A stretch of 64,000 nucleotides of DNA. Source: an uncultured Bacilli bacterium (GTDB lineage: Bacteria > Bacillota_I > Bacilli_A > Izemoplasmatales > UBA1188). Position numbers and translations under genes: made by a program. The notes beneath the pieces were generated by a model. The model was not told where the DNA came from. It saw only the letters and a program-made list of their open reading frames with translations, and did no database searches. The stretch covers positions 22,948 through 86,947 of the forward strand of contig CAJOMC010000001.1 of the NCBI GenBank assembly GCA_905235635.1, in the 5' to 3' direction. Positions 18,153 to 29,746 of this stretch are shown one piece after another. How positions within the stretch are numbered: the first letter of the stretch is position 1; each line of letters begins with the position of its first letter.

Positions 18153-19817
18153 ATGTTGTCAGATATTGAAATTTCAAGAAGTGTAAAACTTAGGCAAATA
18201 GAAGAAGTTGCATCTGAATTGTCTCTTAACAAAGATGATTTAGAGCTTTATGGTAAATACAAAGCTAAAATATCAAAAGATGTTTTAAAAGAAAAGAAAA
18301 CAGATTCTAAGTTGATATTAGTTACAGCCATTACACCAACTAAAGCTGGTGAAGGAAAAACAACTGTATCGATTGGTATCGCAGAAGGACTTAGATACTT
18401 AGGAAATAAAGTATGCCTCGCATTAAGGGAACCATCTATGGGACCAGTTATGGGACTTAAGGGTGGCGCAACAGGTGGAGGTTATGCACAGGTTGTTCCT
18501 ATGGAAGATATCAATCTTCATTTTACAGGAGATTTTCACGCTATTACCAGTGCTAATAATCTAATTGCTGCAACTATTGATAATGAATTATATTATGGAA
18601 ATAAACTTAATATTGATAAAGATAGAATAGTCTTTTCTAGATGTCTAGATGTTAATGATAGATCTTTAAGAGATATTAAAATTGGTATGGGCAAAAGAAT
18701 TAATGGTGTTGAAAGATCTGATTTCTTTAAAATAACTGTCGCATCTGAGATAATGGCTATTTTCTGCCTTTCCCGCGATATGAAAGACCTCGAAAATAGG
18801 CTTAATAATATCCTTTTTGGATATAGTTTAGATGGAAAAGAACTATACGTCAAAGATCTTGGAATAACAGGAGCTTTAATGCTTCTTTTAAAAGATGCGT
18901 TTATGCCTAATCTAGTTCAAACTGTAGAAGGTGGCCCTGCCTTAATTCATGGTGGTCCATTCGCAAATATTGCGCATGGATGCAATAGCGTAATGGCAAC
19001 TAAATACGCTATGGCCTTAGCGGACTATACAGTTACAGAAGCAGGTTTTGGTGCAGACCTAGGCGCAGAAAAGTTCCTAGATATTAAATCAAGAATGAAT
19101 GATTTAAATCCTAATGTAGTAGTAATTGTCGCAACAATTCGTGCCCTTAAAATGCACGGTGGTGTAGAACTTGAGAATCTTAAAGAGGAAAATGTAGAAG
19201 CCATGCTTAATGGTGTAGCTAACCTTGAAAAACATATAGATACAATTAAACATTTTAATAAGAAATATATAGTTGCAATTAATAAGTTCTATACAGATAC
19301 TGATGCTGAAATTAAAGCGTTAGAGGACTATCTTGATAGTAAAGGCCACCCATATTCTTTAACACTTGAATTTGAATATGGTTCAAATGGAATGGTTGAT
19401 ATTACAAATAAAATCATCGACATTACTAATGAACCTAATACTAATTTAAAATATCTTTATGATTTAAACGATTCTATTGAAGAAAAGATTGAAAAAATAG
19501 CGAAGAAAGCCTACGGTGCAGGAAACGTTGAATATAGTGATATAGTTAAAGAAAAGATTAAAGAATACACATCTTTAGGCCATGATAAATTACTTATTTG
19601 TGTGGCGAAAACACAGAATTCATTATCAGATGATTCTAAATTACTAAATGCGCCACTTGGGTTTACATTACATGTCAAAGATTTGTCTTTATCATTAGGC
19701 GCAGGATTTATTGTTGTATATACAGGTTCAATTATTACTATGCCAGGTTTACCAAAAATACCTGCAGCTAAGAATATGGGCTTAGATGAAAATGGCGAAC
19801 CATATGGTATATTTTAG
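18153..19817 (+). CDS. fhs: Formate--tetrahydrofolate ligase
   Basis: MLSDIEI, TPTKAGEGKTT, GGATGGGYAQVVP, HGGPFANIAHGCNS, TEAGFGADLGAEKF, TMPGLPK. Confidence 0.97.
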   Translation: MLSDIEISRSVKLRQIEEVASELSLNKDDLELYGKYKAKISKDVLKEKKTDSKLILVTAITPTKAGEGKTTVSIGIAEGLRYLGNKVCLALREPSMGPVMGLKGGATGGGYAQVVPMEDINLHFTGDFHAITSANNLIAATIDNELYYGNKLNIDKDRIVFSRCLDVNDRSLRDIKIGMGKRINGVERSDFFKITVASEIMAIFCLSRDMKDLENRLNNILFGYSLDGKELYVKDLGITGALMLLLKDAFMPNLVQTVEGGPALIHGGPFANIAHGCNSVMATKYAMALADYTVTEAGFGADLGAEKFLDIKSRMNDLNPNVVVIVATIRALKMHGGVELENLKEENVEAMLNGVANLEKHIDTIKHFNKKYIVAINKFYTDTDAEIKALEDYLDSKGHPYSLTLEFEYGSNGMVDITNKIIDITNEPNTNLKYLYDLNDSIEEKIEKIAKKAYGAGNVEYSDIVKEKIKEYTSLGHDKLLICVAKTQNSLSDDSKLLNAPLGFTLHVKDLSLSLGAGFIVVYTGSIITMPGLPKIPAAKNMGLDENGEPYGIF

Positions 19818-19825
19818 GAGGCAAA

Positions 19826-20404
19826 ATGGGAGCTAAAGAAGAGTTTATCGCTATATACCGCGAATATATAAAAAGAGAAGGTTCTAATGAGTTATTAGAT
19901 TATATTATGTCTACAGATTTCTTTACAGCGCCTGCATCTTCCAAATTTCATAATCACTTTAGAGGTGGTTTATGTGAACATTCTATTAATGTATATAAGA
20001 GATTAAAGAAGTTATCTTTAATGGAACCTGAACTATATCAAACATATAGTGAAGAAACATTCGCAATTATTGGTCTCTTACATGATTTATGTAAAGCTAA
20101 CTTCTATATAGAAGATTATAGAAACGTTAAAGAAGACGGAGTATGGGTATCAAAACCATACTATAAAATTAGTGAAGCACTTCCATTTGGCCACGGTGAA
20201 AAAAGTGTCTATCTTATTATGAAATTTATGAAATTAACGGATGAAGAAGCACTCGCGATTAATTGGCATATGGGTGGATATGATGAAAGAGCAAATAAAG
20301 ATGATAGATCTATCACAAAGGTGTTCTACAATCATCCACTTGCCTTTTTGACACATATTGCTGATTCAATGGCAACATATCTAGACGAGGCAATAGATGA
20401 CTAA
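19826..20404 (+). CDS. Standalone HD-domain phosphohydrolase (YhaM-like HD core, no OB fold)
   Basis: APAS..FH...GGL.EHS, LLHDLCK, GHGEKS, WHMG, HIAD. Confidence 0.85.
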   Translation: MGAKEEFIAIYREYIKREGSNELLDYIMSTDFFTAPASSKFHNHFRGGLCEHSINVYKRLKKLSLMEPELYQTYSEETFAIIGLLHDLCKANFYIEDYRNVKEDGVWVSKPYYKISEALPFGHGEKSVYLIMKFMKLTDEEALAINWHMGGYDERANKDDRSITKVFYNHPLAFLTHIADSMATYLDEAIDD

Positions 20405-21131
20405 AATAATCACATCACTTACAAATGATAAGGTTAAATATTTAACTAAATTATATAAAGATTCTTCATTTAGAAGAAAAGAAGGACTATATATTGTTGA
20501 AGGATATAATTTAGTTGATGAAGCCCTTAATACCAATATGGTATCAGAAATATTTATCTCATCTTCATCAAAGTATATAGATAAATATAAAGATGCTACA
20601 TTTGTAACTGATGAAATAATCAATAAGATAACTGATACAGTTCAACCTGAGGGAATTGTCGCAACAGTAAAATTTACAGAAAAACGCGAATTGTCGCCAA
20701 ATATTATTTATCTTGATCGTATTCAGGATCCAGGAAATCTTGGAACAATATTAAGAAGTGCAGTTGCCTTTGGGTTTAACTCTGTTATCCTAGATAACTC
20801 AGTAGATTTATATAATCCTAAGACGATCAGATCATCTTTGGGGGCCATATATAAGTTATCTTTCCCAAAATATAATATTGATGAACTTAAATCATTAGGA
20901 TATGAAATTATTACCACTACAATGAAAGGCAAAAACCCTAAAGATTACACTAAAACTAAAGATAAAATATGTCTCATTTTAGGGAATGAAGGTAATGGTG
21001 TAAGACCTGATTTAACTAAATTATCTGATATAAATTTGACAATACCAATGATTAATACTGAGTCATTAAATGTTGGTGTTGCAGGTTCAATACTAATGTA
21101 TATTCTTCAAGCCAACTTGAAGAACAACTAA
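20397..21131 (+). CDS. TrmH/SpoU family RNA methyltransferase
   Basis: IQDPGNLGTILRSA, LGNEGNG, IPM...ESLNVGVA. Confidence 0.92.
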   Translation: MTKIITSLTNDKVKYLTKLYKDSSFRRKEGLYIVEGYNLVDEALNTNMVSEIFISSSSKYIDKYKDATFVTDEIINKITDTVQPEGIVATVKFTEKRELSPNIIYLDRIQDPGNLGTILRSAVAFGFNSVILDNSVDLYNPKTIRSSLGAIYKLSFPKYNIDELKSLGYEIITTTMKGKNPKDYTKTKDKICLILGNEGNGVRPDLTKLSDINLTIPMINTESLNVGVAGSILMYILQANLKNN

Positions 21132-21173
21132 GTTTAAGATAAAATATTGAATAGTAATTAAAGGAGAATAAAT

Positions 21174-21392
21174 ATGATAGCTTGGTGGGGAGCATTGTTA
21201 ATTGGAATAGGCGCACTACTTGTTGGTGCTGTTCTTGGTTTCTTTATTTCTTTAAGATATTTCAAGAAATATCAAGAAAAAAATCCTCCAATAACAGAAA
21301 ACATGATAAGAGCTATGATGAAACAAATGGGTAGAACTCCAAGTGAGAAACAAGTTCGTCAAGTCATGGATTCTATGAAAAATGCCCAATAA
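21174..21392 (+). CDS. yneF: YneF/UPF0154 small membrane protein
   Basis: TM helix then KNPPITENMIRAMMKQMGRTPSEKQVRQVM. Confidence 0.93.
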   Translation: MIAWWGALLIGIGALLVGAVLGFFISLRYFKKYQEKNPPITENMIRAMMKQMGRTPSEKQVRQVMDSMKNAQ

Positions 21393-21402
21393 TTTATTGA
21401 AG

Positions 21403-21428
21403 AAAAAACCTCTTAATGAGGTTTTTTT
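21403..21428 (+). terminator. Intrinsic terminator after yneF
   Basis: aaaaaacctc-ttaat-gaggttttttt. Confidence 0.8.
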
Positions 21429-21486
21429 CTTTTAATTATTGTGTTAAAATAATTATCGTAATTATATTATTTATATAGGTGATGAT

Positions 21487-23439
21487 ATGGCCAACAATTC
21501 ATATGATGCTTCGAGTATTCAAATACTTGAAGGATTAGAACCCGTTAGAAAAAGACCTGGTATGTATATAGGATCCACTGATTCTCGTGGATTACACCAA
21601 CTTGTTTGGGAAATTTTGGATAATGCTATTGATGAAGCATTATCTGGTTTTTGCAAAAACATTTTAATTACAATCAAACAAGATAATTCAGTAAAAATAG
21701 AAGATGATGGTCGTGGTCTTCCTGTTGGTAAACACCAAAATGGTGATGATGTACTAAATGTTATTTTTACTGTACTTCATGCTGGCGGTAAGTTTACAAA
21801 TGAAGGTGTCTATAAAGTATCTGGTGGTCTCCATGGTGTTGGAGCATCCGTTGTGAATGCGCTTTCTGATTGGCTTGAGATTACAAGTTATAAAGACGGA
21901 AAACAATATCATCAAAGATTCGAAAATGGTGGTTCTAGGTTTTCCAAACAAATAGAATATGTTGGACCAACAAGAAAACATGGCTCCGAAGTATGGTTTA
22001 AACCAGATCATACCATCTTTTCAACTACTCTATTTAACTATCAAACAATACTTGAAAGAGTTAGGTCTAGTGCCTATCTTATTAAAGACCTTCATATAAA
22101 ACTGGTAGATGAAAGATCGGGACAAAAGGATGAATTCTGTTTTGAAGATGGTATTAAAGCTTACTGCGAACATGAAACAGAGGGCAAAAATGTTTTAATT
22201 GAAAAACCAATCTATTTCTTCCAACAGGTTGAAGATACTCAAGTAGAGTTTGCGCTTAACTTTGCGAAAGATGCTTATAACGAATCAATTTCTTCATTTG
22301 TTAATAACGTTAGAACTAGGGATGGTGGTACCCATGAAGCTGGTTTTAAATCAGGTTTAACAAAGATTTTTAATGAGTTTGCTTATAAATCAATAGGTCA
22401 AAACAATCCTATATTAAAAGAGAAAGATGCACCTTTTGAGGGCGTAGATATAAGAGAAGGTTTATTTGCGATTCTCTCTATTCGTATGAAAGAACCTGAA
22501 TTTGAAGGACAAACAAAAGAAAGACTTGGTACTGCATATATCAAAACAATCGTTGAACAAGTAACTACTGATAAACTGCGTACTTTCTTTACAGAGAACC
22601 CTCTTATCGTCTACAACCTTTTAAAAAAGGCTCAATTCGCACGTGATGTGAGAGATAAGGCAAGAAAAGCAAGGGATGAAGCAAGAAACATCAAAACTAA
22701 AACTAAACAAGAACAATCTTTATCCGGAAAGCTTGCCCAAGCAGCAACCAAAAATAATAAAATAAATGAATTATTCTTAGTTGAGGGTGATTCTGCGGGT
22801 GGTAGTGCGAAACAAGGTCGTGATAGACGCTTCCAAGCGATTTTGCCTTTAAGAGGTAAGGTATTAAATACCGAAAAAGCATCTGCGAATGAAGTATTAT
22901 CAAACGAAGAACTACGTACAATGATTGCAACTATTGGTGCTGGATATGGACCATCTTTTGATGTTAAAAAGTCTAATTATAATAAGGTCATAATTATGAC
23001 CGATGCGGATGTCGATGGTTCACACATTCAAATCCTTTTACTTACATTCTTCTTTAGATATATGACTGATTTAATTAAAGAAGGAAAAGTATATATCGCT
23101 CTTCCTCCTCTATATAAAATCCAACAAGTAGGTGTTCAAAAACCTAAATTAATCTATGCTTATAGCGACCATGAAAGAGATGAAATAACCAAAGGATTTA
23201 AAAGATACACTATTCAAAGATATAAAGGTTTAGGTGAAATGAATGCGAGTCAACTCTGGGAAACCACCATGGACCCTAAAACCCGTACCTTAATTCAAGT
23301 TAAAATTGATGACTTTTTTGATGCGGATAATGCAGTATCCACATTAATGGGTGAAGATACCGAGCCTCGTAAAGCTTGGATAGAAAATAACGTTTCATTC
23401 GCTGAAATAGACGATTATAAGATTCAAGGTGGTGAATAA
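21487..23439 (+). CDS. parE: DNA topoisomerase IV subunit B
   Basis: [59 protein letters not shown]; paired with parC next to yneF as in Bacilli. Confidence 0.92.
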   Translation: MANNSYDASSIQILEGLEPVRKRPGMYIGSTDSRGLHQLVWEILDNAIDEALSGFCKNILITIKQDNSVKIEDDGRGLPVGKHQNGDDVLNVIFTVLHAGGKFTNEGVYKVSGGLHGVGASVVNALSDWLEITSYKDGKQYHQRFENGGSRFSKQIEYVGPTRKHGSEVWFKPDHTIFSTTLFNYQTILERVRSSAYLIKDLHIKLVDERSGQKDEFCFEDGIKAYCEHETEGKNVLIEKPIYFFQQVEDTQVEFALNFAKDAYNESISSFVNNVRTRDGGTHEAGFKSGLTKIFNEFAYKSIGQNNPILKEKDAPFEGVDIREGLFAILSIRMKEPEFEGQTKERLGTAYIKTIVEQVTTDKLRTFFTENPLIVYNLLKKAQFARDVRDKARKARDEARNIKTKTKQEQSLSGKLAQAATKNNKINELFLVEGDSAGGSAKQGRDRRFQAILPLRGKVLNTEKASANEVLSNEELRTMIATIGAGYGPSFDVKKSNYNKVIIMTDADVDGSHIQILLLTFFFRYMTDLIKEGKVYIALPPLYKIQQVGVQKPKLIYAYSDHERDEITKGFKRYTIQRYKGLGEMNASQLWETTMDPKTRTLIQVKIDDFFDADNAVSTLMGEDTEPRKAWIENNVSFAEIDDYKIQGGE

Positions 23440-23440
23440 T

Positions 23441-26077
23441 ATGGCGAAGATTAAGGATTTAATAGATCAATTTGTCAATGAGAAAATACAGGTTGACTAC
23501 CTTGAAAAAATTATGGGTGATAGGTTTGGCGCCTACACAAAATATGTTGTCCAAGATAGAGCTATCCCAGATATTCGTGACGGTCTTAAGCCTGTTCAAA
23601 GAAGAATATTATACGCTATGCATATGGTAGGAATGAACTATGGTACACCATATAAAAAGAGCGCGAGAATAGTTGGCGAGGTTATTGGTAAATACCATCC
23701 TCATGGTGACCAATCTGTTTATGATGCTCTTGTTAGAATGAGTCAAGATTTTAAAATAAATGTTCCTTTAATAGATATGCACGGGAATAATGGTTCTATT
23801 GATGGAGATAGTGCTGCCGCAATGCGTTATACTGAAGCACGTCTTTCACCTGCCGCAATGTATCTTCTTGAGGACATAGATAAAAAGACAGTTCCATTTA
23901 TCCCAAACTATGATGATAGCGAAATAGAACCTGTCATCTTACCATCTAAATTTCCGAATCTTCTAATTAATGGTTCTGATGGTATTGCATCAGGTTATGC
24001 TACAAATATTCCACCATTTAATATGGCTGAAGTTATAAAATTAACTATTGAAAGAATTAAAAATCCATCTTTATCAATTGAAGATGCGATGGCAATAGTC
24101 CCAGCTCCAGATTTTCCTACTGGTGGTGAAATAGTTGAATCAGAATCTGAACTTGATAAGGTGTTTAAAACTGGAAAAGGTAAAGTAATTCTTAGATCTA
24201 AGACAAGAATTGAAGGGAATAATATTATTATTTCTGAAATACCTTATGGAGAAAAGAAATCTGATTTAGTAAAAAGTATTGATCTTCAAAGGGAAAGAAA
24301 AGAAGTTGAAGGAATTATAGAAGTAAGAGATGAGTCTGATAAAGATGGTCTCCGTATCGTGATAGAAACTAAGAGTGAGGCTAACACTGATGTTATCTTA
24401 AATTATCTTTTTAAGAAAACTCATCTTCAGGTTAATTTCCCAGTTAATATGGTCGCAATAGTTGATAGGCTTCCTAAACTTCTTGGTGTACTTGATGTAA
24501 TTGACCAATATATTATCCATGAGAAAGAAGTTATAACTAATAGATCTAACTTTGAAATGGATAAAGCAAAAAAGAGGCTCCATATTGTTGAAGGATACCA
24601 TAAACTATCATCAATTATTAATGAAGTTGTTGAAACAATTAAAAATTCAAAGAATAAGGCAAATGCAAAAGAGAATTTAGTAAATATATATGGCTTTACT
24701 GAACTTCAAGCTGAAGCTATAGTAACTCTCCAATTGTATAGATTAACTAATACTGATATTCAGGAATTTGAAATTGAAAAAGCTAATCTTCAAGCAGAAC
24801 TCGCTAAATTAAATAAGATTTTAACTAGTGAATTAGCCCTTAAGAATGTAATTATTAAGGAACTAGAAGGTATTAATGAAAAAATAGAATCAAAGAGACG
24901 TACTATAATTTCAAGCGTTAGTAGAGATTTATCGTTTAAGGAAGAAGAACTCTTAATACATGAAAACGTACATGTTATTATCACAAGAGACGGATATGTT
25001 AAAAAGTTATCTCTTAGAAGTTATCAGGCATCTTTAAACTCTCAACCAGGCCTTAAAGAGGGAGATTTTATCGCATTTGAGGATGAATGTAACACAATGG
25101 ATACAATAATCCTATTTACAAATAGCGGTGCATATATCAATCTTCCTGTTTATAAGATTCCAGATGCTAAATACAAGGATTTAGGCGAATATGTTGGTGG
25201 AATGTTTGACCTACGGGGAGATGAAAAAGTAATCAATATCTATCATTTTAGGGAAAATCCTAGTGATGATATGGAGATTGTTGTTTCAACAAGAATGTCT
25301 AAGATCAAAAGATTATCTGCGAAAGAAATTTTTGAAAAGAGATTTAAGAAAGGTAGCGTAATTTCTTTAACTGATGATGATAGCGTAGTATCTGTTTCGT
25401 TTACGTTTAAAGATTATAATGAAGTTGTGACAGTTACTAAATATGGACTTATTCTTAAATATCCTAAGAATGAAGTGCCTATCGTTGGTAAAAAGGCTCT
25501 AGGTGTAAGAAATGCTGCACTAAAACCTGGAGATGAAGTTATTAAATCATTCCTCGTTCCTAACTATGTAAAAGAAGAAATTATTCTTATAACTAGTAGG
25601 GGTGGACTAAAGCGAATTCTTCTTAAGAATCTCCAAAGGTCAAAAAGAGCTCAACGTGGTACGCCAACTCTTAAAACCGTTAAAACAAATCCATATCTTT
25701 ATATTGATGCGATTGTTACTAACCCATCTAGATATAAAGAATCAATTCAGATTGATTTAGTTAGCGATAAAGAAATTAAGAAATTTGATGGATTAAGCCT
25801 CCCTAAAGACTCATATGAGAATGGAGCCCCTGTATTTGCGGATAGTGAAAAACCACTTGGTATTTACCATCAAATAGTAAATCTTGATGACTATCTTAAA
25901 TTAACCAAGGATATGTCTAAAGAATTTGAAAAAACTATTGAAGAAAAGAAAGAACAGCACCCTAATTCTCTCCTTGATGAATTAGGAGATATAATCGAGC
26001 AACAGACTTCGATATTTGATTATATCGATGATATTGATTTAAAAGATGATGAGGAATTAAAGAAGGATCTATTCTAA
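23441..26077 (+). CDS. parC: DNA topoisomerase IV subunit A
   Basis: [40 protein letters not shown] (catalytic Tyr); SD-supported ATG at 23441. Confidence 0.92.
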   Translation: MAKIKDLIDQFVNEKIQVDYLEKIMGDRFGAYTKYVVQDRAIPDIRDGLKPVQRRILYAMHMVGMNYGTPYKKSARIVGEVIGKYHPHGDQSVYDALVRMSQDFKINVPLIDMHGNNGSIDGDSAAAMRYTEARLSPAAMYLLEDIDKKTVPFIPNYDDSEIEPVILPSKFPNLLINGSDGIASGYATNIPPFNMAEVIKLTIERIKNPSLSIEDAMAIVPAPDFPTGGEIVESESELDKVFKTGKGKVILRSKTRIEGNNIIISEIPYGEKKSDLVKSIDLQRERKEVEGIIEVRDESDKDGLRIVIETKSEANTDVILNYLFKKTHLQVNFPVNMVAIVDRLPKLLGVLDVIDQYIIHEKEVITNRSNFEMDKAKKRLHIVEGYHKLSSIINEVVETIKNSKNKANAKENLVNIYGFTELQAEAIVTLQLYRLTNTDIQEFEIEKANLQAELAKLNKILTSELALKNVIIKELEGINEKIESKRRTIISSVSRDLSFKEEELLIHENVHVIITRDGYVKKLSLRSYQASLNSQPGLKEGDFIAFEDECNTMDTIILFTNSGAYINLPVYKIPDAKYKDLGEYVGGMFDLRGDEKVINIYHFRENPSDDMEIVVSTRMSKIKRLSAKEIFEKRFKKGSVISLTDDDSVVSVSFTFKDYNEVVTVTKYGLILKYPKNEVPIVGKKALGVRNAALKPGDEVIKSFLVPNYVKEEIILITSRGGLKRILLKNLQRSKRAQRGTPTLKTVKTNPYLYIDAIVTNPSRYKESIQIDLVSDKEIKKFDGLSLPKDSYENGAPVFADSEKPLGIYHQIVNLDDYLKLTKDMSKEFEKTIEEKKEQHPNSLLDELGDIIEQQTSIFDYIDDIDLKDDEELKKDLF

Positions 26078-26078
26078 G

Positions 26079-27104
26079 ATGTATGCGCTAGATAAAGTAG
26101 ATGATGTCGTTACACCACAAGGTATAGTAATTAAATATATCCATGTATATAAAAAAGCCGGTTTATCAGAAACTATATTTGATAATATCCACGCTGAAGA
26201 TAAGATTTATCACACTCTTTCTAAGAAAGACGATATTTACTATGCATATAAGATTCTTTTTAAAGATTCTCCATTAACTGATGCGAGACTAGAAACAATT
26301 ATCAATAAAAACGGAAACTGTGAACTCAAAAACCAAAATGAAATAATATTAAAAAACCTGATAGATTTCTTTAATAAACTAGATGATACAGATGGCAGGT
26401 TCCTCCCATACGCAAACTTTATCAACGATACCCTTCAATCTATATATTCAAATACTAAACTTAAGCCAAAGTTTAGAGATAAAAGAAATGATGAAACAAA
26501 GAGATCAAGAGAAACCCTCCAAGAGATTTGCGATAAATACAACGTATTAAAGAAAAGAGGAATGGTTGAATATGGCTATTTAAATACATCTTTCTTTATG
26601 GATATGCTTTCAAGTGAACCATTTACCTTTGGTACGATGGAAGTTGCTTTACTTATTTTATATATGCTTATAATTAATAGTGATTTAAGTGTTTTTAGAT
26701 ATGTTTCATTCTTTAAGATGCTATATGATAGAATAAATGTTTTTAATAATTCTATTAATAATGCGAAACTAATGTATGAAATAGGATATCCTAATTTATT
26801 TCCTATTCTTACTATTATTCTTGATATTGAATCTAAAGCTTTAGATGAGTTAAATAGTCTTTATAGTGCAAAAACATTTGATAATGAACTATCTAAAGCC
26901 AAAATAATTGAAACTATCATTTATTCTTTAAATAAACAATTTAAGAAGAGTGATATAAGGGAAGAAGCACCTAATATCTCTGACTCAACAATTGATAGAG
27001 TACTACAAAGACTGAGCCAAGAAGGCAAAATAATGGCTTTTGATAGTGGACGTAATGCATCATGGGTAAGAATAGATGACACCCATGATCATAAATATTT
27101 TTAA
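26079..27104 (+). CDS. Fic-like protein with degenerate active site and C-terminal winged helix
   Basis: EPFTFGTMEVAL occupies the HPFxxGNGRxxR position, followed by the typical hydrophobic helix and YVSF; C-terminal FKKSDIREEAPNISDSTIDRVLQRLSQEGKI...GRNASW HTH. Confidence 0.7.
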   Translation: MYALDKVDDVVTPQGIVIKYIHVYKKAGLSETIFDNIHAEDKIYHTLSKKDDIYYAYKILFKDSPLTDARLETIINKNGNCELKNQNEIILKNLIDFFNKLDDTDGRFLPYANFINDTLQSIYSNTKLKPKFRDKRNDETKRSRETLQEICDKYNVLKKRGMVEYGYLNTSFFMDMLSSEPFTFGTMEVALLILYMLIINSDLSVFRYVSFFKMLYDRINVFNNSINNAKLMYEIGYPNLFPILTIILDIESKALDELNSLYSAKTFDNELSKAKIIETIIYSLNKQFKKSDIREEAPNISDSTIDRVLQRLSQEGKIMAFDSGRNASWVRIDDTHDHKYF

Positions 27105-27118
27105 TAGGGGATTAACTT

Positions 27119-29221
27119 ATGATTCTTTCAAAAGATAGATGGAAAATAAAATATACGAATCCATATGATGATTCTGAAATAATTGATATTTTATATAAAC
27201 AAAAAGGAATTGATGACTACATCAATTACTTTAATCTATCTTTTAAAGATTTTGGCGATCCACTCCTCTTTAAAAATATGGATATTGTCTTAAAAAAGAT
27301 TAAGATGTCGATTAGAAATAATGAGAAAATCCTAATTTATGGTGATTATGACGTTGATGGAATTACCGCAACCGCAATAATGTATCGTTTCTTAAAAGAG
27401 AAAGGGGCTCAAGTATATTATATGGTCCCAAATAGATTCCAGACAGGATATGGTTTATCTGAGGATGCGGTTGAACAAATCATTAAGAATGGATATAACC
27501 TCGTTATCACAGTTGATAATGGCATAACATCTGTAGATGAAATCGATAAATTACTTAATAATAATATTCAGGTAATAGTCACAGATCATCATGAACCAAA
27601 AGAAGAACTTCCACACACAAACTATATAGTCCACTCTTATATCTTTAATGATTATCCATTCGTAAACTTTTGTGGTGCTGGAATTGCCTATAAAATTTGT
27701 GAGGCATGGGATAAAGACCTAGTAAGAAAATATATAGACCTTGCGATGCTTGGGACTATCGCAGATATGATGCCTTTAATAGGTGAAAATAAGGCTATCA
27801 TAAATGAGGGTTTAAAACAAATTAATAATAGTAATGTTAAAGGATTAAAAGAATTACTTAATACCTTAAATATTAATATACTTAATATAAAAGACATATC
27901 TTATAATATAGCTCCTAAACTTAACTCTTTAGGAAGAATTGGTGATGCAACCATCGCAATAGCCCTCCTTACAACCGATAATGAAGAAGAGATTAAAGAA
28001 TATATTAAAAATATTCTTGAGGCAGATAATTTAAGAAAGGAACTCACTATTCAAAACACAGAACTTGCCTATAAGATGATTAATCCAGATGATAGTGTCA
28101 ACCTAATTTATTCTCCTAATTTCTATGAAGGCGTCCTTGGAATTATCGCTCAAAAGATAATGAAGAAGACGGGTAAAATAACTGGTATCTTCAATGTTGA
28201 TTCAGAGAATAACGCAAGAGGTTCTTTCAGGACAGTAGGTGAATATAATATTTTATCTATGCTTGATAAAAATAAAGATCTTCTTGAAAAGTTTGGTGGG
28301 CATGAAAAAGCTTGCGGTGTCAATATGATGGCATCAAAGATAAAAGAACTTAAATCAAGGCTTGAAAATATGGTTAAAGGTGATATTCCATCAACAAATG
28401 AAGTTGAGGTATCACTATCTTTAAATCATTCTCTAATAAATATTGAATTCTTTAAAGAACTTCAAAAATATGAACTTGATGATACTACGTTCTTAATAGA
28501 AGATGTTGAAGTGATGGAATCAACACTCCTCGCTAATAAACACACAAGAATAAGGGCAAGGCTTAATACTGGTAAATATGTAACTATAGTTGTATTTAAT
28601 GACCCTGCGCTTAATTATAATCTCTCGTATGGTGATAAGGTAAACTTTATTGGAACATTAAATATTAATACTCACAATAATTTTACTTATTTCCAGATTA
28701 TCGCAACGGATTATGAGGTAAAAAGAATACAAATTATCGATTATAGATATAGAAAAGATTCAAAAGAAGCTGAGGTATATTTCAATAATACATCTGGCTT
28801 ACAAATTAAAGATAACTTTGATAATATATTAGATTTATCCTTAATTCTTAAGGAACAAACTCCAAATATTATCTATCTTATGCCTATTGAAGGAACATAT
28901 TATAAGTTATCTGATAGGCGAAAACTAAAAGAAGCAATCTTTATAATTTCAAAAAATGTATCAATTTCTGAAATGATACTCCAAAAGGAATTAAGAATTA
29001 CTAGAAATACTTTAAATACTATACTAGATATCTTTACAGAATTAAATTTAATCACAAGAGAAAATGGCACTGTTAAGATTGTCGCATATTCTAAAGGCTA
29101 TAAGGTTGATCTTGAAAACAGTGAAACCTTTAGTAGATATATAGAAAAAGAAGAACTATATAATATTCTTCTTGGACCAATAGAATCGGTCAAAAAATTT
29201 GTAAATGAGTCACTTGAATAG
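27119..29221 (+). CDS. recJ: ssDNA 5'-3' exonuclease RecJ
   Basis: GDYDVDG, PNRF..GYG, TVDNG, TDHH, GTIADMM, GSFR, FGGH..ACG. Confidence 0.95.
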   Translation: MILSKDRWKIKYTNPYDDSEIIDILYKQKGIDDYINYFNLSFKDFGDPLLFKNMDIVLKKIKMSIRNNEKILIYGDYDVDGITATAIMYRFLKEKGAQVYYMVPNRFQTGYGLSEDAVEQIIKNGYNLVITVDNGITSVDEIDKLLNNNIQVIVTDHHEPKEELPHTNYIVHSYIFNDYPFVNFCGAGIAYKICEAWDKDLVRKYIDLAMLGTIADMMPLIGENKAIINEGLKQINNSNVKGLKELLNTLNINILNIKDISYNIAPKLNSLGRIGDATIAIALLTTDNEEEIKEYIKNILEADNLRKELTIQNTELAYKMINPDDSVNLIYSPNFYEGVLGIIAQKIMKKTGKITGIFNVDSENNARGSFRTVGEYNILSMLDKNKDLLEKFGGHEKACGVNMMASKIKELKSRLENMVKGDIPSTNEVEVSLSLNHSLINIEFFKELQKYELDDTTFLIEDVEVMESTLLANKHTRIRARLNTGKYVTIVVFNDPALNYNLSYGDKVNFIGTLNINTHNNFTYFQIIATDYEVKRIQIIDYRYRKDSKEAEVYFNNTSGLQIKDNFDNILDLSLILKEQTPNIIYLMPIEGTYYKLSDRRKLKEAIFIISKNVSISEMILQKELRITRNTLNTILDIFTELNLITRENGTVKIVAYSKGYKVDLENSETFSRYIEKEELYNILLGPIESVKKFVNESLE

Positions 29222-29232
29222 GAGAAAATGAT

Positions 29233-29745
29233 ATGAAACTTAATGAATATATAAAAAATGTACCTAATTTCCCAAAAGATGGAATTCAATTTAAAGACAT
29301 CACCCCACTTCTTGAAGATGGAGATGCCTTTAGAGAAGCTATTGATGAATTAACTACTTGGGCCTCATCTTTAGGTGCGACAAAAGTTGTTGGGCCAGAT
29401 GCGAGAGGTTTTATTTTAGGATGTCCTGTCGCATATGCGCTTAAAACTGGTTTTGTACCAGTAAGAAAACCTGGTAAACTACCAAGAGAAACCATTAGTC
29501 AATCATATGAATTAGAATATGGTTCTAATACTTTGTGTATGCATAAAGACGCTCTTAAAAAAGGTGATAAGGTTGTAATAATCGATGATCTCCTTGCAAC
29601 AGGTGGAACAGTTGTTGCCGCAATCAATCTCTGCGAAAAGCTTGGCGCAGAAGTAATGGGTGTTGGTGTACTCATTGAACTTAGTGAATTAAAAGGAAGA
29701 GAATTCATAGGAAACTATAATATTAAATCTCTAATAAGTTATTAA
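29233..29745 (+). CDS. apt: Adenine phosphoribosyltransferase
   Basis: FKDIT, DARGF, RKPGKLP, LEYG, IIDDLLATGGT. Confidence 0.97.
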   Translation: MKLNEYIKNVPNFPKDGIQFKDITPLLEDGDAFREAIDELTTWASSLGATKVVGPDARGFILGCPVAYALKTGFVPVRKPGKLPRETISQSYELEYGSNTLCMHKDALKKGDKVVIIDDLLATGGTVVAAINLCEKLGAEVMGVGVLIELSELKGREFIGNYNIKSLISY

Positions 29746-29746
29746 G

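Noticed and set aside
21487-26077. Alternative call as gyrB/gyrA
   Set aside because: The A subunit begins with the ParC-type GDRFG.Y.KY..QDRA.PD.RDG signature and shows no GyrA-box; the yneF context and terminus proximity fit parEC.
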